Shown here: one piece after another, positions 1-13,513 of the stretch | How the letters are laid out: the number at the start of each line of letters is the position of its first letter | How positions within the stretch are numbered: the first letter of the stretch is position 1 | Assembly: GCF_004010195.1 (NCBI RefSeq) | Contig: NC_057757.1 | Coordinates: 8,815,014-8,879,013, forward strand | Length of the DNA: 64,000 nt | Source of the DNA: Chiloscyllium plagiosum | Taxonomy: Eukaryota | Direction of reading: 5' to 3' | The notes under the pieces: generated by a model | Told to the model about the DNA's origin: nothing | Databases searched by the model: none | Seen by the model: the letters and a program-made list of their open reading frames with translations, nothing else | Program-made: the position numbers and the translations under genes

Positions 1-2078
1 ATCACTGACCTACCCATTGCTGTCACTGTCCATCAGATACATCACTGATCACTCCTTACTGCCACTGTTCATCAAATATATCTCTGACATCCCTCATTCC
101 GTCACTGTCCATCAGATACATCACTGACCTCCGCCTTACACTTACTGTCTATCAGATACATTACTGGATCAGTGGTGGTGGAAGAGCACAGCAGTTCAGG
201 CAGCATCTAACGAGCAGCCTTAGATACATTATTGACCTACCGCTTACTGTCACTGCCCATCAGAAACATTATTGACCTCCCCTTACTGTCACTGTTCAAC
301 AGATACATCACTGACCAACCTCTTAGTATCACTGTCCATCAGATACATCGCTGACCACCCATTACTGTCACTGTACATCAGGTACAACACTGACCTCCCC
401 AGACTGTCACTGTCCATCAGAGGCTTCAATGACTTCCCCCTTACTGTAACTGTTGATCAGATACATCACTGACCTACCTCTTGCTGTCATTGTCCATCAG
501 ACACATCACTGACCTCTCCCTTCCTGTCACTCTCCGTCCAGGTACATCACTGACCTCACTCTTAAGGTCACTGTCCATCAGGTACATCACTGACCACTCC
601 TGACTATCACTGTCCATCAAATACATCCCTGACATTCCTCATTCCATCACTGTCCATCAGATATATCAATGACCTTGGCCTTACTGTCACTGTACATCAG
701 ATACATGGCTGACCTCCCGCTTAATGTCACTGTCCAACAGATTCATCACTGACCTCCCTATTAGTGTCACTGTACATCAGATACATCACTAACCTCTTCC
801 TTACTGTCACTGTTCACCAGATACATCACTGACCTCCCCCTTAATGTCACTGAACATCAGATACATCACTAAACTCCCCCTTACTGTCACTGTCCATCAG
901 GTACATCACTGACCTCCCCCTTACTGTCACTGTCCATCAGCAAAATCACTGACCTCCCCCTTACTGTCACTGTCCATCAGATACATCACTGACCTCTCCC
1001 TTACCGTCACTGTCCATCAGCTAAATCACTGACCTTCCCCCTTTCTGTCACTGTACATCAGGTACATCACTGACCTCCCCCTTACTGTCAGTCTCCATCA
1101 GATACATCACTGACCTCCCCCTTACTGTCACTGTCCATCAGATACATCACTGACCTCCCCCTTACTGTCACTATCAGACACATCACTGACCTACCTCTTG
1201 CTGTCATTGTCCATCAGACACATCACTGACCTCTCCCTTCCTGTCACTGGCCATCAAGATACATCACTGACATCCCTCTTTATGTCATTGTCCATCAGAT
1301 ACCTCACCAACCACCCCTTACTGTCACTGTCCATCAAATAAATCCCTGACATTCCTCATTCCGTCACTGTCCATCACATACATCAATGACATTGGCCTTA
1401 CTGTCACTTCATCAGATACATGACTGACCACCCGCTTACTGACACCGTCTATCAGAAACATCTTTGACCTCATCCTTACTGTCACTGTCCATCAGGTACA
1501 TCACTGACCTCCCCCTTACTGTCACTATTCATCAGAGACATCACTGGCTTCCCCCTGACTGTCGCTGTCCATCAGATACATCACTGACCTCCTCCTTACT
1601 GTCACTGTCCATTAGATACATCACTGACCTCTCTCTTACTGTCACTGTCCATCAGGTACATCACTGGCCTGCCACTTATTGTCACTGTCCATCAGATACA
1701 TCACTGACCTCCCCCTTACTGTCATTGTCCCACAGATACATCACTGACCTCCCTCTTACTGTCACAGTCCATCAGATACATCACTGACCTCGCTCTTATT
1801 GTCACTGTCCATCATATACATCATTGACCTCCACCTTACTGTCACTGTCCATCGGATACCTCACTGGCCTCCCCCTTACTGTCACTGTCCATCAGATACA
1901 TCACTGTCCTCCTTGTTACTGTCACAGTCCATCAGATACATCACTGGCCTCCCCCTTACTATCAATGTCCATCAGATACGTCACTGACCTCACTGCTACT
2001 GTCACCAACTACTTCTTATTGTCACTGTCGACCATAGACATCACTGACATTCCTCTTATTCGCGCTGTCCATCTGATT
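1..2078. repeat. 40-bp tandem satellite/minisatellite, consensus CATCAGATACATCACTGACCTCCCCCTTACTGTCACTGTC
   Basis: Period of 40 read directly (3 units per 120 nt at 781-960). About 50 diverged copies; the array runs off the left edge. Confidence 0.97.
164..221. mobile_element. Short Penelope-derived fragment inserted in the 40-bp satellite
   Basis: CTGGATCAGTGGTGGTGGAAGAGCACAGCAGTTCAGGCAGCATC matches the arm of the element at 63510-63655. Flanked by duplicated AGATACATTA. Confidence 0.75.
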
Positions 2079-5000
2079 CTTCGCTGTTCTCAGTATTTGT
2101 GGATACATAGAATTCCACCAGTGTGGACTGATAAAATTCAGCTCAATGAATCATTATGATCCTTCGACGAGGATTCCAACTTGACCGTATATCTATAGCC
2201 CTACCTTTTCCAAAGCTAGCACAACCAGACAGAACATCTTGGGACACTGCTCAATTCAGTATAACTAATCCAACTAATCTGCCCATCTTTCGACTGCAGG
2301 AGGAAACCAATCAGCTTTACTGAGTCAGCAAATCAAATATTGTGTCCCCTTTATAGTCAGTATTACTGCGTCAGTGAATTAATTTCTGTGTCACTGTGCA
2401 AGTCAGTATTACTGAGAGTGAATTAAATACCATGTCGCTGTCCCAGTAATTATTACTGCATCATTGAATTAAATACCGTGCCCGTTTACCAGTCAGTAAT
2501 ACTGATTCAGTGAATTAAATACTGTGTCCCTGTCCTAGTCATTATTACTGAGTCAGTGAAATAAATAGTTTCAGTGTCCCAGTCAGTAATACTGAGTCAG
2601 TGAATTAAATAGCGTGTCCATGTCCCAGTCAGTATTACTGAGCCAGTGAATTAAATACTGTGTCCCTGTCCCAGTCATTATTACTGAGACAGTGAATTAA
2701 ATACTGTGCCCGTTTCCCAGTCAGTCTTACTGAGTCAGTGAAATAAATACCATGTCCCAGTCGCAGTCTATATTACTGAGACACTGAATTAAATACCATG
2801 CCGCTGTCCTAGTCAGTTTCACTGAGACAGTGAATTAAAAACTGTGTACCTGCCGCAGTAAATATCACTGAGTCAGTGAATAAAATAGTGTGTCGCTGTC
2901 TAAGTCAGTATCACTGAGTCAGTGAGTTAAACACGCGTCCTTGTCCCAGTCAGTAATACTGAGTCAGTGAAGGAAATAATGTGTCCCTGTCCCAGTCAGT
3001 CTGACTGACTAATTGACTTAAATCTTGTTTCCCTGTCGCAGTCAGTATTACTGAGTCAGTGAATTAAATGCAGTGTCACTGTTCCAGTCATTATCACTGA
3101 GTCACTGAACTAAATACTGTGCAGCTATCCCAGTCAGTGAAGGAAATACTGTGTCGCTATCTCTGTCAGTATTCTTGAGACAGTGAATTAAATACTGTGT
3201 CTCTGTCCAGGTTCGTATTACGGAGACATCGAATTAAACACAGTCAGTATTACTGAGTATGTGAATTAAATATTGTATCCCTGTCCCAGTCAGTATGACT
3301 GAGTCATTGAATTAAATACTGTGCATCTGTCCCTGTCAGTATTACTGAGACAGTGAATTAAATACTATGTCCCTGTTCCAGTCAGAATTACTGAGACAGT
3401 GAATTAAATACTGTGTCCCTGTCCCAGTCTGTATTACTGATCCAGTGAATGAAATACTGTGTTACTGCCCCAGTCAGTATTACCGAAACAGTGAATTAAA
3501 TATAGTGTACCATTCCCTGTCATGTTGACTGAGTCAGTGGATTAAATACTGTGTCCCTGTCACAGTCAGCATTACTGAGACAATAAATTAAATAGTGGGT
3601 CCCTGCCCCAGTCAGTGTTACCGAGACAGAGAATTAAATACAGTGTCCCTGTCTCAGTCAGTTTGACTGATCAGTGAATTATATACTGTCTTCCTGTCCC
3701 AGTCAGTATTACTGAGTCAGTGAGTTAAATACCATGTCCCTGTCCGAGTCAGTATTCATGAGGCAGTGAATTAAATAATGTGTCCGTGTCCCAGTCAGTC
3801 TGACTGACTAAGTGACTTAGATCCTGCGTCCCTGTCCAGTCAGTATTACTGAGTCAGTGAATTAAATACTGTGTCCCAGTCCCAGTCAGTATTACTGAGA
3901 CAGTGAATTGCATACCATGTACCAGTCTCAGTAAGTATTACTGAGTAAGTGAATTTAACACTGTCTCCCTCTCCCAATTAATGAGACTGAGTTGGTGAAT
4001 TCAGTACCATTACCACGTCCCAGTCAGTATTACTGATCCACTGTGTTAAATAGTGTCCCCGTCCCAGTCAGTTTGACTGAGTCAGTGAATTAATTACTGT
4101 GTCCCTGTCTAAGGCAGTATCACTGAGTCAGTGCGTTAAATACTGAGTCCCTCTCCCAGTCAGTCTGATTGACTAAGTGACTTAAGTCCAGTGTCCCTGT
4201 TACGGTCACTATTACGTTGTCAGTAATTTAAATACTGTGTCCTGGTCCCAGACAGTATGCTGATTCGGTGGAATACATGCAGTGACCCTGTCCCAGTCAG
4301 AATTACTGAGTCAGTGAATTAAATACCGTTACACTGTTGCAGTTAGTATTACTGAGTCAGTGAATTACATATTCTGTCCCTGTCCCAATCAGCAATACTG
4401 TCATTGAATTAAATATTGTGCCCCGTCCCAGTCAGTATTACTGAGTCAGTGAATTAAATATTGTGTCCCTGTCCCAGACAGTATCAGAGACAGTGGATTA
4501 AATACAGTGTACCTGTCCCTGTCAGTTTGACTGAGTCAGTGAATTAAATACTATGTCCCTGTCCCAGTCAGCATTTGTGAGACGATTAATTAAATACTCG
4601 GTCCCTGCCCCAGGCAGTGGGACTGAGACAGAGAATTAAATACAGTGTCCCTGTCTCAGTCAGATGAACTGATTCAGTGTATTGAATTCTATGTCTCTGT
4701 CCCAGTCATTATTACTGAGACAGTGAATTAAATACTGTGTTGGTGTCCAACTCAGTATTACTGAGTCAGTCAATTAAATTCTGCATCCCCTGTCATAGTC
4801 ATTATTGCTGAGACAGTGAATGAAATACTGTGTCCCTGCTCCAGTCAGTGTTACTGAGACAGTGACTTAAATACAGTGTCGCTGTCTCAGTCAGTTTGAC
4901 TGAGTCTGTGAATTCATTACTGTGGCACTGCCCCAGACAGTATTACTGAGACAGTGAATTAAATACAGTGTCCCTGCCCCAGTCAGTATTACTGAGACAG

Positions 5001-6214
5001 TGATTTAAATACAGTGTACCTGTCCCAGTCAGTTTGACTGAGTCCGTGAATTAAATACTGTGTCCCTGTCCCAATCAGCATTACAGAGACAATGAAATAA
5101 ATACTAGGTCCCTGCCCCAGTCAGTGATACTGCGACAGACCATTAAATACGGTGTCCCTGTCTAGGTCAGATTGACTGAGTCAGTGTACTGAATACTTTG
5201 TTCTGTCCCTGTCAGTATTACTAAGTCAGTGAATTAAATACTGTGTCCCTGTCCCAGTCAGTATTATTGAGGCAATTAATGAAATGTTGTGTCCCTGCCC
5301 CAGTCAGTGTTGCTGAGACAGAGCATTAAATACCGTGTCACTGTCTCAGTCAGATTAACTGAGTCAGTGTGTTGAATACTGTGTCCCTGTCCCAGTCAGT
5401 AATACTGTGTCATTGAATTAAATATTGTGCCCCATTCCAGTCAGTATTACTGAGTCAATGAATTAAATACTGTGTCCCTGTCGCAGACAGTGCTACTGAG
5501 CCAGTGAATTAAATACCGTGCCCTGTCCCAGTTAGTATTACTGATTCCATAAATTAAATACTGTGCCCTTTAACAGTCAGTGTTAATTAGTGATGAATTA
5601 AATACTTTGACCCTCCCCCAGTCAGTGTGACAGAGTCAGCTACTTAATTACTGTGTCCCTGTCATGGTAACTATTACTGCATCAGTGAACTAATTGCTGT
5701 GTGTTCGTCCAAGTCATTACTGCTGACACAGTGAATTAAATACTGTAGCCCTGTCACATTCAGTATTACCTCGGCAGTGAATTAAACATCGTGTCCCTGT
5801 CCCAGTCAGTATTACTGAGGCAGTCAATTGAATACTGTGTCCCTGTACCAGTCAGTATTACTGAGTTTATGAATTGAATACTGTGTCCCTGTCCCAGTCA
5901 GTATTACTGAGTCAGTGAATTATTGACCTTGTCCCTGTCCCAGTCAGTATTACTGAGTCAGGGAATTAAACATTGTGTCCCTGTCCCAGTCAGTGTTACT
6001 GAGTCAGGGAATTAAACATCGTGTCCCTGTCCCAGTCAGTGTTACTGAGTCTGTGAATTGGATACTGTGTCCCTGTACCAGTCAGTATTACTGAGTCAGT
6101 GAATTGAATATCGTGTCCGTGTCCCAGTCAGCATTACTGAGACATTGAGTTAAACACCGTGTTCCTGTTCCAATCAGTATGACAGACTCAGTAAATTAAA
6201 CACTGTGTCTCTGT

Positions 6215-6596
6215 ATCGTCTGCACTTTTGTATGTAACGGTATTGTCTAATGTACAAATGTCATTGTCACTGTCTTGTCATATGTGGAACTGGGATTTGA
6301 GGTTTGTCCTCCTCTCCCTGTAAAATGGTTAAACGGTAGGGTTCGGGGCCTAGCTTTGCTGCTCCTCTCCCTTGTAAAATTGCTGTCTTTTGTGTACAGC
6401 TGTCAATGGTTTTTGTAAACTGTTTCGTAATTTGTTTCATAAATAAAAAAAAAACACTGTGTCTCTGTATTGTCTGCACTTTTGTATGTAACGGTATTGT
6501 CTAATGTACAAATGTCATTGTCACTGTCTTGTCATATGTGGAACTGGGATTTGAGGTTTGTCCTCCTCTCCCTGTAAAATGGTTAAACGGTAGGGT
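6215..6596 (+). mobile_element. 3' UTR/poly(A) end of a non-LTR retroelement (family uncertain), partly duplicated
   Basis: Non-satellite T-rich sequence ending AATAAA plus an A-run at 6442-6454; 6198-6342 is repeated at 6452-6596. Confidence 0.65.
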
Positions 6597-8377
6597 CTGA
6601 GTCAGTGAATTGAATACCGTGCCCCGGTCCCAGTCAGTGTTACTGAGTCAGGGAATTAAACATCGTGTCCCTGTCCCAGTCCTTATTACTGAGACAGTGA
6701 ATATAATACTGTGTCCCTGTCCCAGTCAGTATTACTGAGTCAGTGAATTGAATACCGTGTCTGTGTCCATGTCCCAGTCAGCATTACTGAGACATTGAAT
6801 TAAATACCGTGTTCCTGTTCCAGTCAGTATGACAGACTCAGTGAATTAAACACTGTGTCCCTGTTCTTGTCAGTGTTTCTGAGTCAGTGAATTGAATACC
6901 GTGCCCCGGTCCCAGTCAGTGTTACTGAGTCAGGGAATTAAACATCGTGTCCCTGTCCCAGTCAGTATTACTGAGGCAGTCAATTGAATACTGTGTCCCT
7001 GTCCCAGTCAGTATTACTGAGGCAGTCAATTGAATACTGTGTCCCTGTCCCAGTCAGTATTACTGAGGCAGTCAATTGAATACTGTGTCCCTGTCCCAGT
7101 CAGTATTACTGAGGCAGTCAATTGAATACTGTGTCCCTGTCCCAGTCAGTATTACTGAGGCAGTCAATTGAATACTGTGTCCCTGTCCCAGTCAGTATTA
7201 CTGAGGCAGTCAATTGAATACTGTGTCCCTGTCCCAGTCAGTATTACTGAGGCAGTCAATTGAATACTGTGTCCCTGTCCCAGTCAGTATTACTGAGGCA
7301 GTCAATTGAATACTGTGTCCCTGTCCCAGTCAGTATTACTGAGTCAGTGAATTATTGACCTTGTCCCTGTCCCAGTCAGTGTTACTGAGTCAGGGAATTA
7401 AACATCGTGTCCCTGTCCCAGTCAGTGTTACTGAGTCAGGGAATTAAACATCGTGTCCCTGTCCCAGTCAGTATTACTGAGTCAGTGAATTGAATACCGT
7501 GTCTGTGTCCGTGTCCCAGTCAGCATTACTGAGACATTGAGTTAAACACCGTGTTCCTGTTCCAATCAGTATGACCGACTCAGTAAATTAAACACTGTGT
7601 CCCTGATCCCGTCAGTGTTTCTGAGTCATTGAATTGAATACCGTGCCCCAGTCCCAGTTAGTGTGACTAAGTCAGGGAATTAAACATCGTGTTCCTGTCA
7701 CAGACAGTATTACTGAGTCAGTGAATTAAATAGTGTCTCCGTCTCAGTCAGTTTGATTGAGTCAGTGAATTAATTACTGTGTCCCTGTATAAGGCAGTAT
7801 CACTGAGTCAGTGAGTTAAATAGTGTCCCCGTCCCAGTCAGTTTGACTGAGTCAGTGAATTAAATACTTTGTCCCTGTCTCAGTCAGCATTATTGAGACA
7901 GTGAACTTAATACTGTCTCCCTCTCCCAATTAATGAAACTGAGTCTGTGAATTCAGCACCATGTCGGTGTCCCAGTCAGTATTACTGATCCAGTGAAATA
8001 AATAGTGTCCCCGTCCCAGTCAGTTTGACTGGGTCAGTGAATTAATTATTGTGTCCCTGTCTAAGGCAGTATCACTGAGTCAGTGAGTTAAATACTGTGT
8101 CCCTCTCCCAGTCAGTCTGACTGACTAAGTGACTTAAGTCCAGTATCCCTGTTACGGTCACTATTACGTTGTCAGTAATTTAAATACTGTGTCCTGGTCC
8201 CAGACAGTATGCTGATTCGGTGGAATACATGTTTGCCTCAGTCAGTGACCCTGTCCCAGTCAGAATTACTGAGTCAGTGAATTAAATACCGTTACACTGT
8301 TGCAGTCAATATTACTGAGTCAGTGAATTAATTAGTGTCCCTGTCGAAGGCAGTATGACTGAGTCAGTGAGTTAAAT

Positions 8378-8627
8378 GGCGACTGACTGTGTGGAGTTTG
8401 CACATTCCCCCCCCCCTGTCTGCATGGGTTTCCTCCGGGTGCTCCGGTTTCCTCCCACAGTCCAAAGGTGTGCAGGTCAGGTGAATTGGCCATGCTAAAT
8501 TGTCCGTAGTGTTAGGTAAGGGGTAAATGTAGGGGTATGGGTGGGTTGCGCTTTGGCGGGTCGGTGTGGGCTTGTTGGGCCAAAGGGCCTGTTTCCACAC
8601 TGTAAAGTAATCTAATCTAAAAAAAAA
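8378..8627 (+). mobile_element. HE1-type V-SINE, 5'-truncated
   Basis: V-domain GTGGAGTTTGCAC...GGTTTCCTCCGGGTGCTCCGGTTTCCTCCCACAGTCCAAAG; TAATCTAATCTA plus A tail; same family as 28591-28908. Confidence 0.9.
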
Positions 8628-11533
8628 GTCCCTATCCCAGTCAGTCTGACTGACTAAGTGACTTAAGTCCAGTGTCCCTGTTACGGTCATTATTACGTTG
8701 TCAGTAATTTAAATACTGTGTCCTGGACACAGACAGTCTGCTGATTCGGGGAAATACATGCCGTGACCCACTCCCAGTCAGTATTACTGAGTCAGCGAAT
8801 TAAATACCGTTACACTGTCGCAGTCAGTATTACTGAGTCAGTGAATTAAATATTGTGTCCCTGTCCCAGTCGGTAATACTGTGTCATTGAATTCAATACT
8901 GTGCCCCGTCCCAGTCAGTATTACTGAGTCAGTGAATTAAATACAGTGTCCCTGTCTCAGTCAGTTTGACTGAGTTAGTGTATTGAATACTGTGTCTCTT
9001 TCCCAGTCAGTATTACTGTGTCAGTGAATTAAATACCGTGTCAGTGTCGCAGTCTGTATTACTGAGTAAGTGAATTAAATACTATGTCCCTGTCGCAGTC
9101 AGCATTACTGAGACAGTGAATGAAATACTGTGTCCCTGTCGCAGACAGTATTATTGAGGCAGTTAATGAAATATTGTGTCCCGGCCCCTATCTGTATTAC
9201 TGAGACAGTGAGTAAAATACAGTGTTCCTGTCACAGTCTGTTTGTCTGAGTCAGTGAATTAAATACCGTGTCCCTGTCCAAGTCTGTATCACTGAGTCAG
9301 TGAGTTAAATACTGTGCCCCTGTAGCAGTCTGACTGACTCAGTGACTTAAGTCCAGTGCCCCTGTTACTGTCACTATTTAAGTGTCAGTAAATTAAATAC
9401 TGTGTCCTGGTCCCAGACAGTATGCTGATTCGGTGAAATATATTCCGTGAACACTTCCCAGAGAGTATAACTGAGACAGTGAATTAAATACCGGTACCCT
9501 GTCCCAGTCAGTATTACTGAGTCAGTGAATTAAATATTGTGGCTCTGTTCCGGCCAGTTTGACTGAGTCAGTGAATTAAATACAGTGTCCCTGTCCGAGA
9601 CAGTATTACTGAGACAGTGAATTAAATACTGTGAATCTGCCCCAGTCAGTACTACTGAGACAGTGAATTAAATACTCGGTCCCTGCCCCAGTCAGTGTAA
9701 CGGAGACAGAGAATTAAATACAGTGTCCCTGTCTCAGTCAGTTTGACTGAGTTAGTGTATTGAATACTGTGTCTCTTTCCCAGTCAGTATTACTGTGTCA
9801 GTGAATTAAATACCATGTCGGTGTTGCAGTCTGTATTACTGAGTAAGTGAATTAAATACTATATCCCTGTCACAGTCAGTATTACTGAGACAGTGAATGA
9901 AATAATGTGTCCCTGCCCCAGTCAGTATTACTGAGATAGTGAATTATATATTGTGGCTCTGTTCCAGTCAGCTTGACTGAGTCAGTGAATTAAATACTGT
10001 GCCCCTGTCCCAGACAGTGTTACTGAAACAGAGAATTAAATATTGTGTACCTGTCCCAGTCAGTATTACTGAGACAGTGAATTTAATACAGTGTACCTTT
10101 CACAGTTAGTTTGTCTGAGTCAGTGAATTAAATACAGTGTCCCTGTACCAGTCAGCATTACTGAGACAGTGAATTAAATACCAGGTCCCTGCCCCAGCCC
10201 GTGTTACTCAGACAGAGCATTAAATACAGTGTTCCTGTCTCGGTCAGATTGACTGTGTCAGTGTATTGAATACTGTGTCCCTGTGCCAGTCACAATTACT
10301 GAGTCAGTGAATTAAATACTGTGTCCCTGTTGCAGTCAGTATTACTGAGACAGTTAATGAAATATTGTGTCCCTGCCCCAGTCAGTATTACGGAGACAAT
10401 GAGTTAAATACAGTGTACCTGTCACAGTCAATTTGTCTGAGTCAGTGAATTAAATACCGTGTTCCTGTTCCAGTCTGTATCACTGAGTCAGTGAATTAAA
10501 TACTGTGTCCCTGTCCCAGTCAGCACTACTGAGATAGTGAATTAAATAATAGGTCCCTGACCCAGTCAGTGTTACTGAGACCGAACATTAAATACAGTGT
10601 CCCTGTGTCAGTCAGTTTGTATGAGTCAGTGAATACAATACAGTGTCCCTGTCCCAGTCTGTATCACTGTGCCAATGAATTGAATACCATGTCGGTGTCG
10701 CAGTCAGTATTACTGAATAAGTGAATTAAATACTGTGTCCCTGTCTCAGTCAGTTTGACTGAGTTAGTGTATTGAATACTGTGTCTCTTTCCCAGTCAGT
10801 ATTACTGTGTCAGTGAATTAAATACTGTGTCCCTGTCGCAGTCAGTATTATTGAGACAGTGATTTAAATATTGTGGCTCTGTCCCGGTCAGTTTGACGGA
10901 GTCAGTGAATTAAATACTGTGTCACTGTCCCAGACGGTATTACTGAGACAGTGAATTAAATACTGAGTACCTGTCCCCGGTCAGTTTTACTGAGTCAGTG
11001 AATTAAATACTGTGCCCCTGTCCCCGTCAGTATTACTGAGACAATGAATTAAATACGGTGTACCTTTCACAGTCAGTTTGCCTCAGTCAGTGAATTAAAT
11101 ATTGTGTCCCTGTCCGAGTCAGCATTACTGAGACAGTGAATTAAATAATAAGTCCCTGCCCCAGTCAGTGATACTGCGACAGACCATTAAATACAGTGTC
11201 CCTGTCTAGGTCAGATTGACTGAGTCAGTGTACTGAATACTTTGTTCTGTCCCTGTCAGTATTACTAAGGCAGTGAATTAAACATCGTGTCCCTGTCCCA
11301 GTCAGTATTACTAAGTCAGTGAATTAAATACTGTGTCCCTGTCCCAGTCAGTATTACTGAGACAGTGAATTAAATGCTGTGTCCCTGTCACAGTCAGTTT
11401 GTCTGAGTCAGTGAATTAAATACGGTTTCCCTGTCACAGTCTATATTACTAAGTCAGTGAATTAAATACTGTGTCCTTGTCCCAGTCAGCATTACTCAGA
11501 CAGTGAATTAAATACTAGGGCCCTGCCTCAGTC

Positions 11534-12834
11534 TTTTTTTATTATTTCAAAAATATACTTTATTCATAAAATAATTTGATGGTCTGTACAGTTGGTCATG
11601 CCATACATATGTAAACATGTACATACAGAGATCAGAATTTATCATTTTTTCACAGGTCTGTACATTTTTTGATCATGTGCNNNNNNNNNNNNNNNNNNNN
11701 NNNNNNNNNNNNNNNNNNNNNNNNNNNNNNNNNNNNNNNNNNNNNNNNNNNNNNNNNNNNNNNNNNNNNNNNNNNNNNNNNNNNNNNNNNNNNNNNNNNN
11801 NNNNNNNNNNNNNNNNNGTCCCGGGGAACAGGCCATAGAGCACGGATCCCATGTCACGGCGCTGCTCGGGACGGACCTCGACAAACATCACTGCATTCCT
11901 CTCCAGACTTCCTCTGCAAAGGCACATTCCAGAATGAGGTGTGTGACAGTCTCGTCCCCCCCGCAGCCGCTTCGGGGGCAGCGTGCGGTGCGGCTGAGAG
12001 TTCGGGCGTGCATAAAGGATCTCACAGGCAGAGCCCTTGTCACCACCAGCCAAGCCATGTCTTGGTGCTTGTTGGAAGGTTCTGGCGATGAGGCATTCTG
12101 CCAAATGGCTTTGACAGTCTGCTCAGGGAACCGCTCAACAGGATCTGCCCTCTCCTTTTCCCGAAGGGTCTCAAGGACACTACGTGCTGACCACTTCCTA
12201 ATGGGCTTGTGGTCAAAGGTGTTTTTCTTCATAAACTTCTCCACGAAGGACAGGTGATATGGAACGGTCCAACTACTCGGAGCGTTCCACGGCAGCGAGG
12301 TCAGGCCCATCCTTCGCAACACCGGGGACAGGTAGAACCTCAGTACGTAGTGACACTTGGTTTTTACGTACCAGGGATGCACGTACAGCTTGATGCAGCC
12401 ACACACAAAGGTGGCCATCAGGGTGAGGGTGGCATTGGGTGTGTTTTTTCCCCCGTTGCCCAGATCTTTTTACAGCGAGTCCCTTCGGACCCGGTCCATC
12501 TTTGACCTCCATATGAACTGGAAGATGGCCCGGGTGACTGCAGCGGCACAGGTTCTGGGAATAGGCCAGATCTGTGCCACATATAACAGCAATGACAGTG
12601 CCTCACACCCGATGACCAGGTTTTTTACTGCGATTGAGAGCGACCGTAGCTTCCATCTGCCCAGTTTCTGCCTCACTTTGCTGATACACTCCTCCCAAGA
12701 CTTGGCGCATGCCCCAGCCCCCACGAACTAAATACCCAGCACCATCAGGTGGTCGGTCCTGACGGTGAAGGGGATCGAGGATTGGTCGGCCCAGTTCCCG
12801 AAGAGCATGGCCTCGCTCGTGCCTCGGTTTACCT
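11534..12834 (-). mobile_element. Tx1-clade (L1 group) non-LTR retrotransposon, 5'-truncated 3' end
   Basis: Minus-strand ORF2 C-terminus (KVRQKLGRWKLRSLSI; zinc-knuckle CPRSGCGGDETVTHLILEC). 3' tail AATAAAGTATATTTTTGAAATAATAAAAAAA. TSD CCTCAGTC at 11526-11533 and 12832-12839. Frameshifted; contains an N gap. Confidence 0.9.
11681..11817. other. Assembly gap (N run)
   Basis: Run of n. Confidence 1.
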
Positions 12835-13266
12835 CAGTCAGTGTTACTGAGACAGGGCATTAAATACAGTCTCCCTGTCTCAGTCAGATTGACTGAGTCA
12901 GTGTATTGAATACTGTGTGCCTGTCCTAGTCAGTATTACTGTGACAGTGAATTAAATACTGTGTCCCTATCCCAGTCAGTTTTACTGAGTCAGTGAATTA
13001 AATACTGTGTCCCTGCCCCAGTCAGTATTACTGAGTCAATTAATTAAATACTGTGTCCCTGTCGCAGTCAGTATTACTGAGCCAGTGAATAAAATACACT
13101 GCCCTGTCTCAGTTAGTATTACGGATTCCGTAAATTAAATACTGTGTCCCTGTCGCAGTCAGTATTACTGAGGCAGTGAATTAAATACACTGCCCTGTCC
13201 CAGTTAGTATTGCTGATTCCGTAAATTAAATACTGTGTCCCTTTCACAGTCAGAATTAATTAGTGA

Positions 13267-13513
13267 CCTGGGAGGAGCGGACCAGGAAGGTGAGACAGAA
13301 ACTGGGCAGATGGGAGCAACGGTCGCTCTCCATCGCGGGTCAGTTTCTGCCTCACTTTGCTGATACGCTCCTCCCAAGACTTGGCGCATGCCCCAGCCCC
13401 CACGAACTAAATACCCAGCACCATCAGGTGGTCGGTCCTGACGGTGAAGGGGATCGAGGATTGGTCGGCCCAGTTCCCGAAGAGCATGGCCTCGCTCGTG
13501 CCTCGGTTTACCT
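13267..13513. mobile_element. Tx1 fragments: 74-bp plus-strand piece (13267-13340) joined to a duplicated minus-strand piece (13341-13513)
   Basis: WEERTRKVRQKLGRWEQRSLSIAG on +; 13341-13945 duplicates 12662-13266. Confidence 0.85.

Noticed and set aside
272..2159. Cys/His-containing ORFs (YCHCPSD...) in the first array
   Set aside because: Translations of the 40-bp repeat; the unit length is not a multiple of 3 and stops recur.
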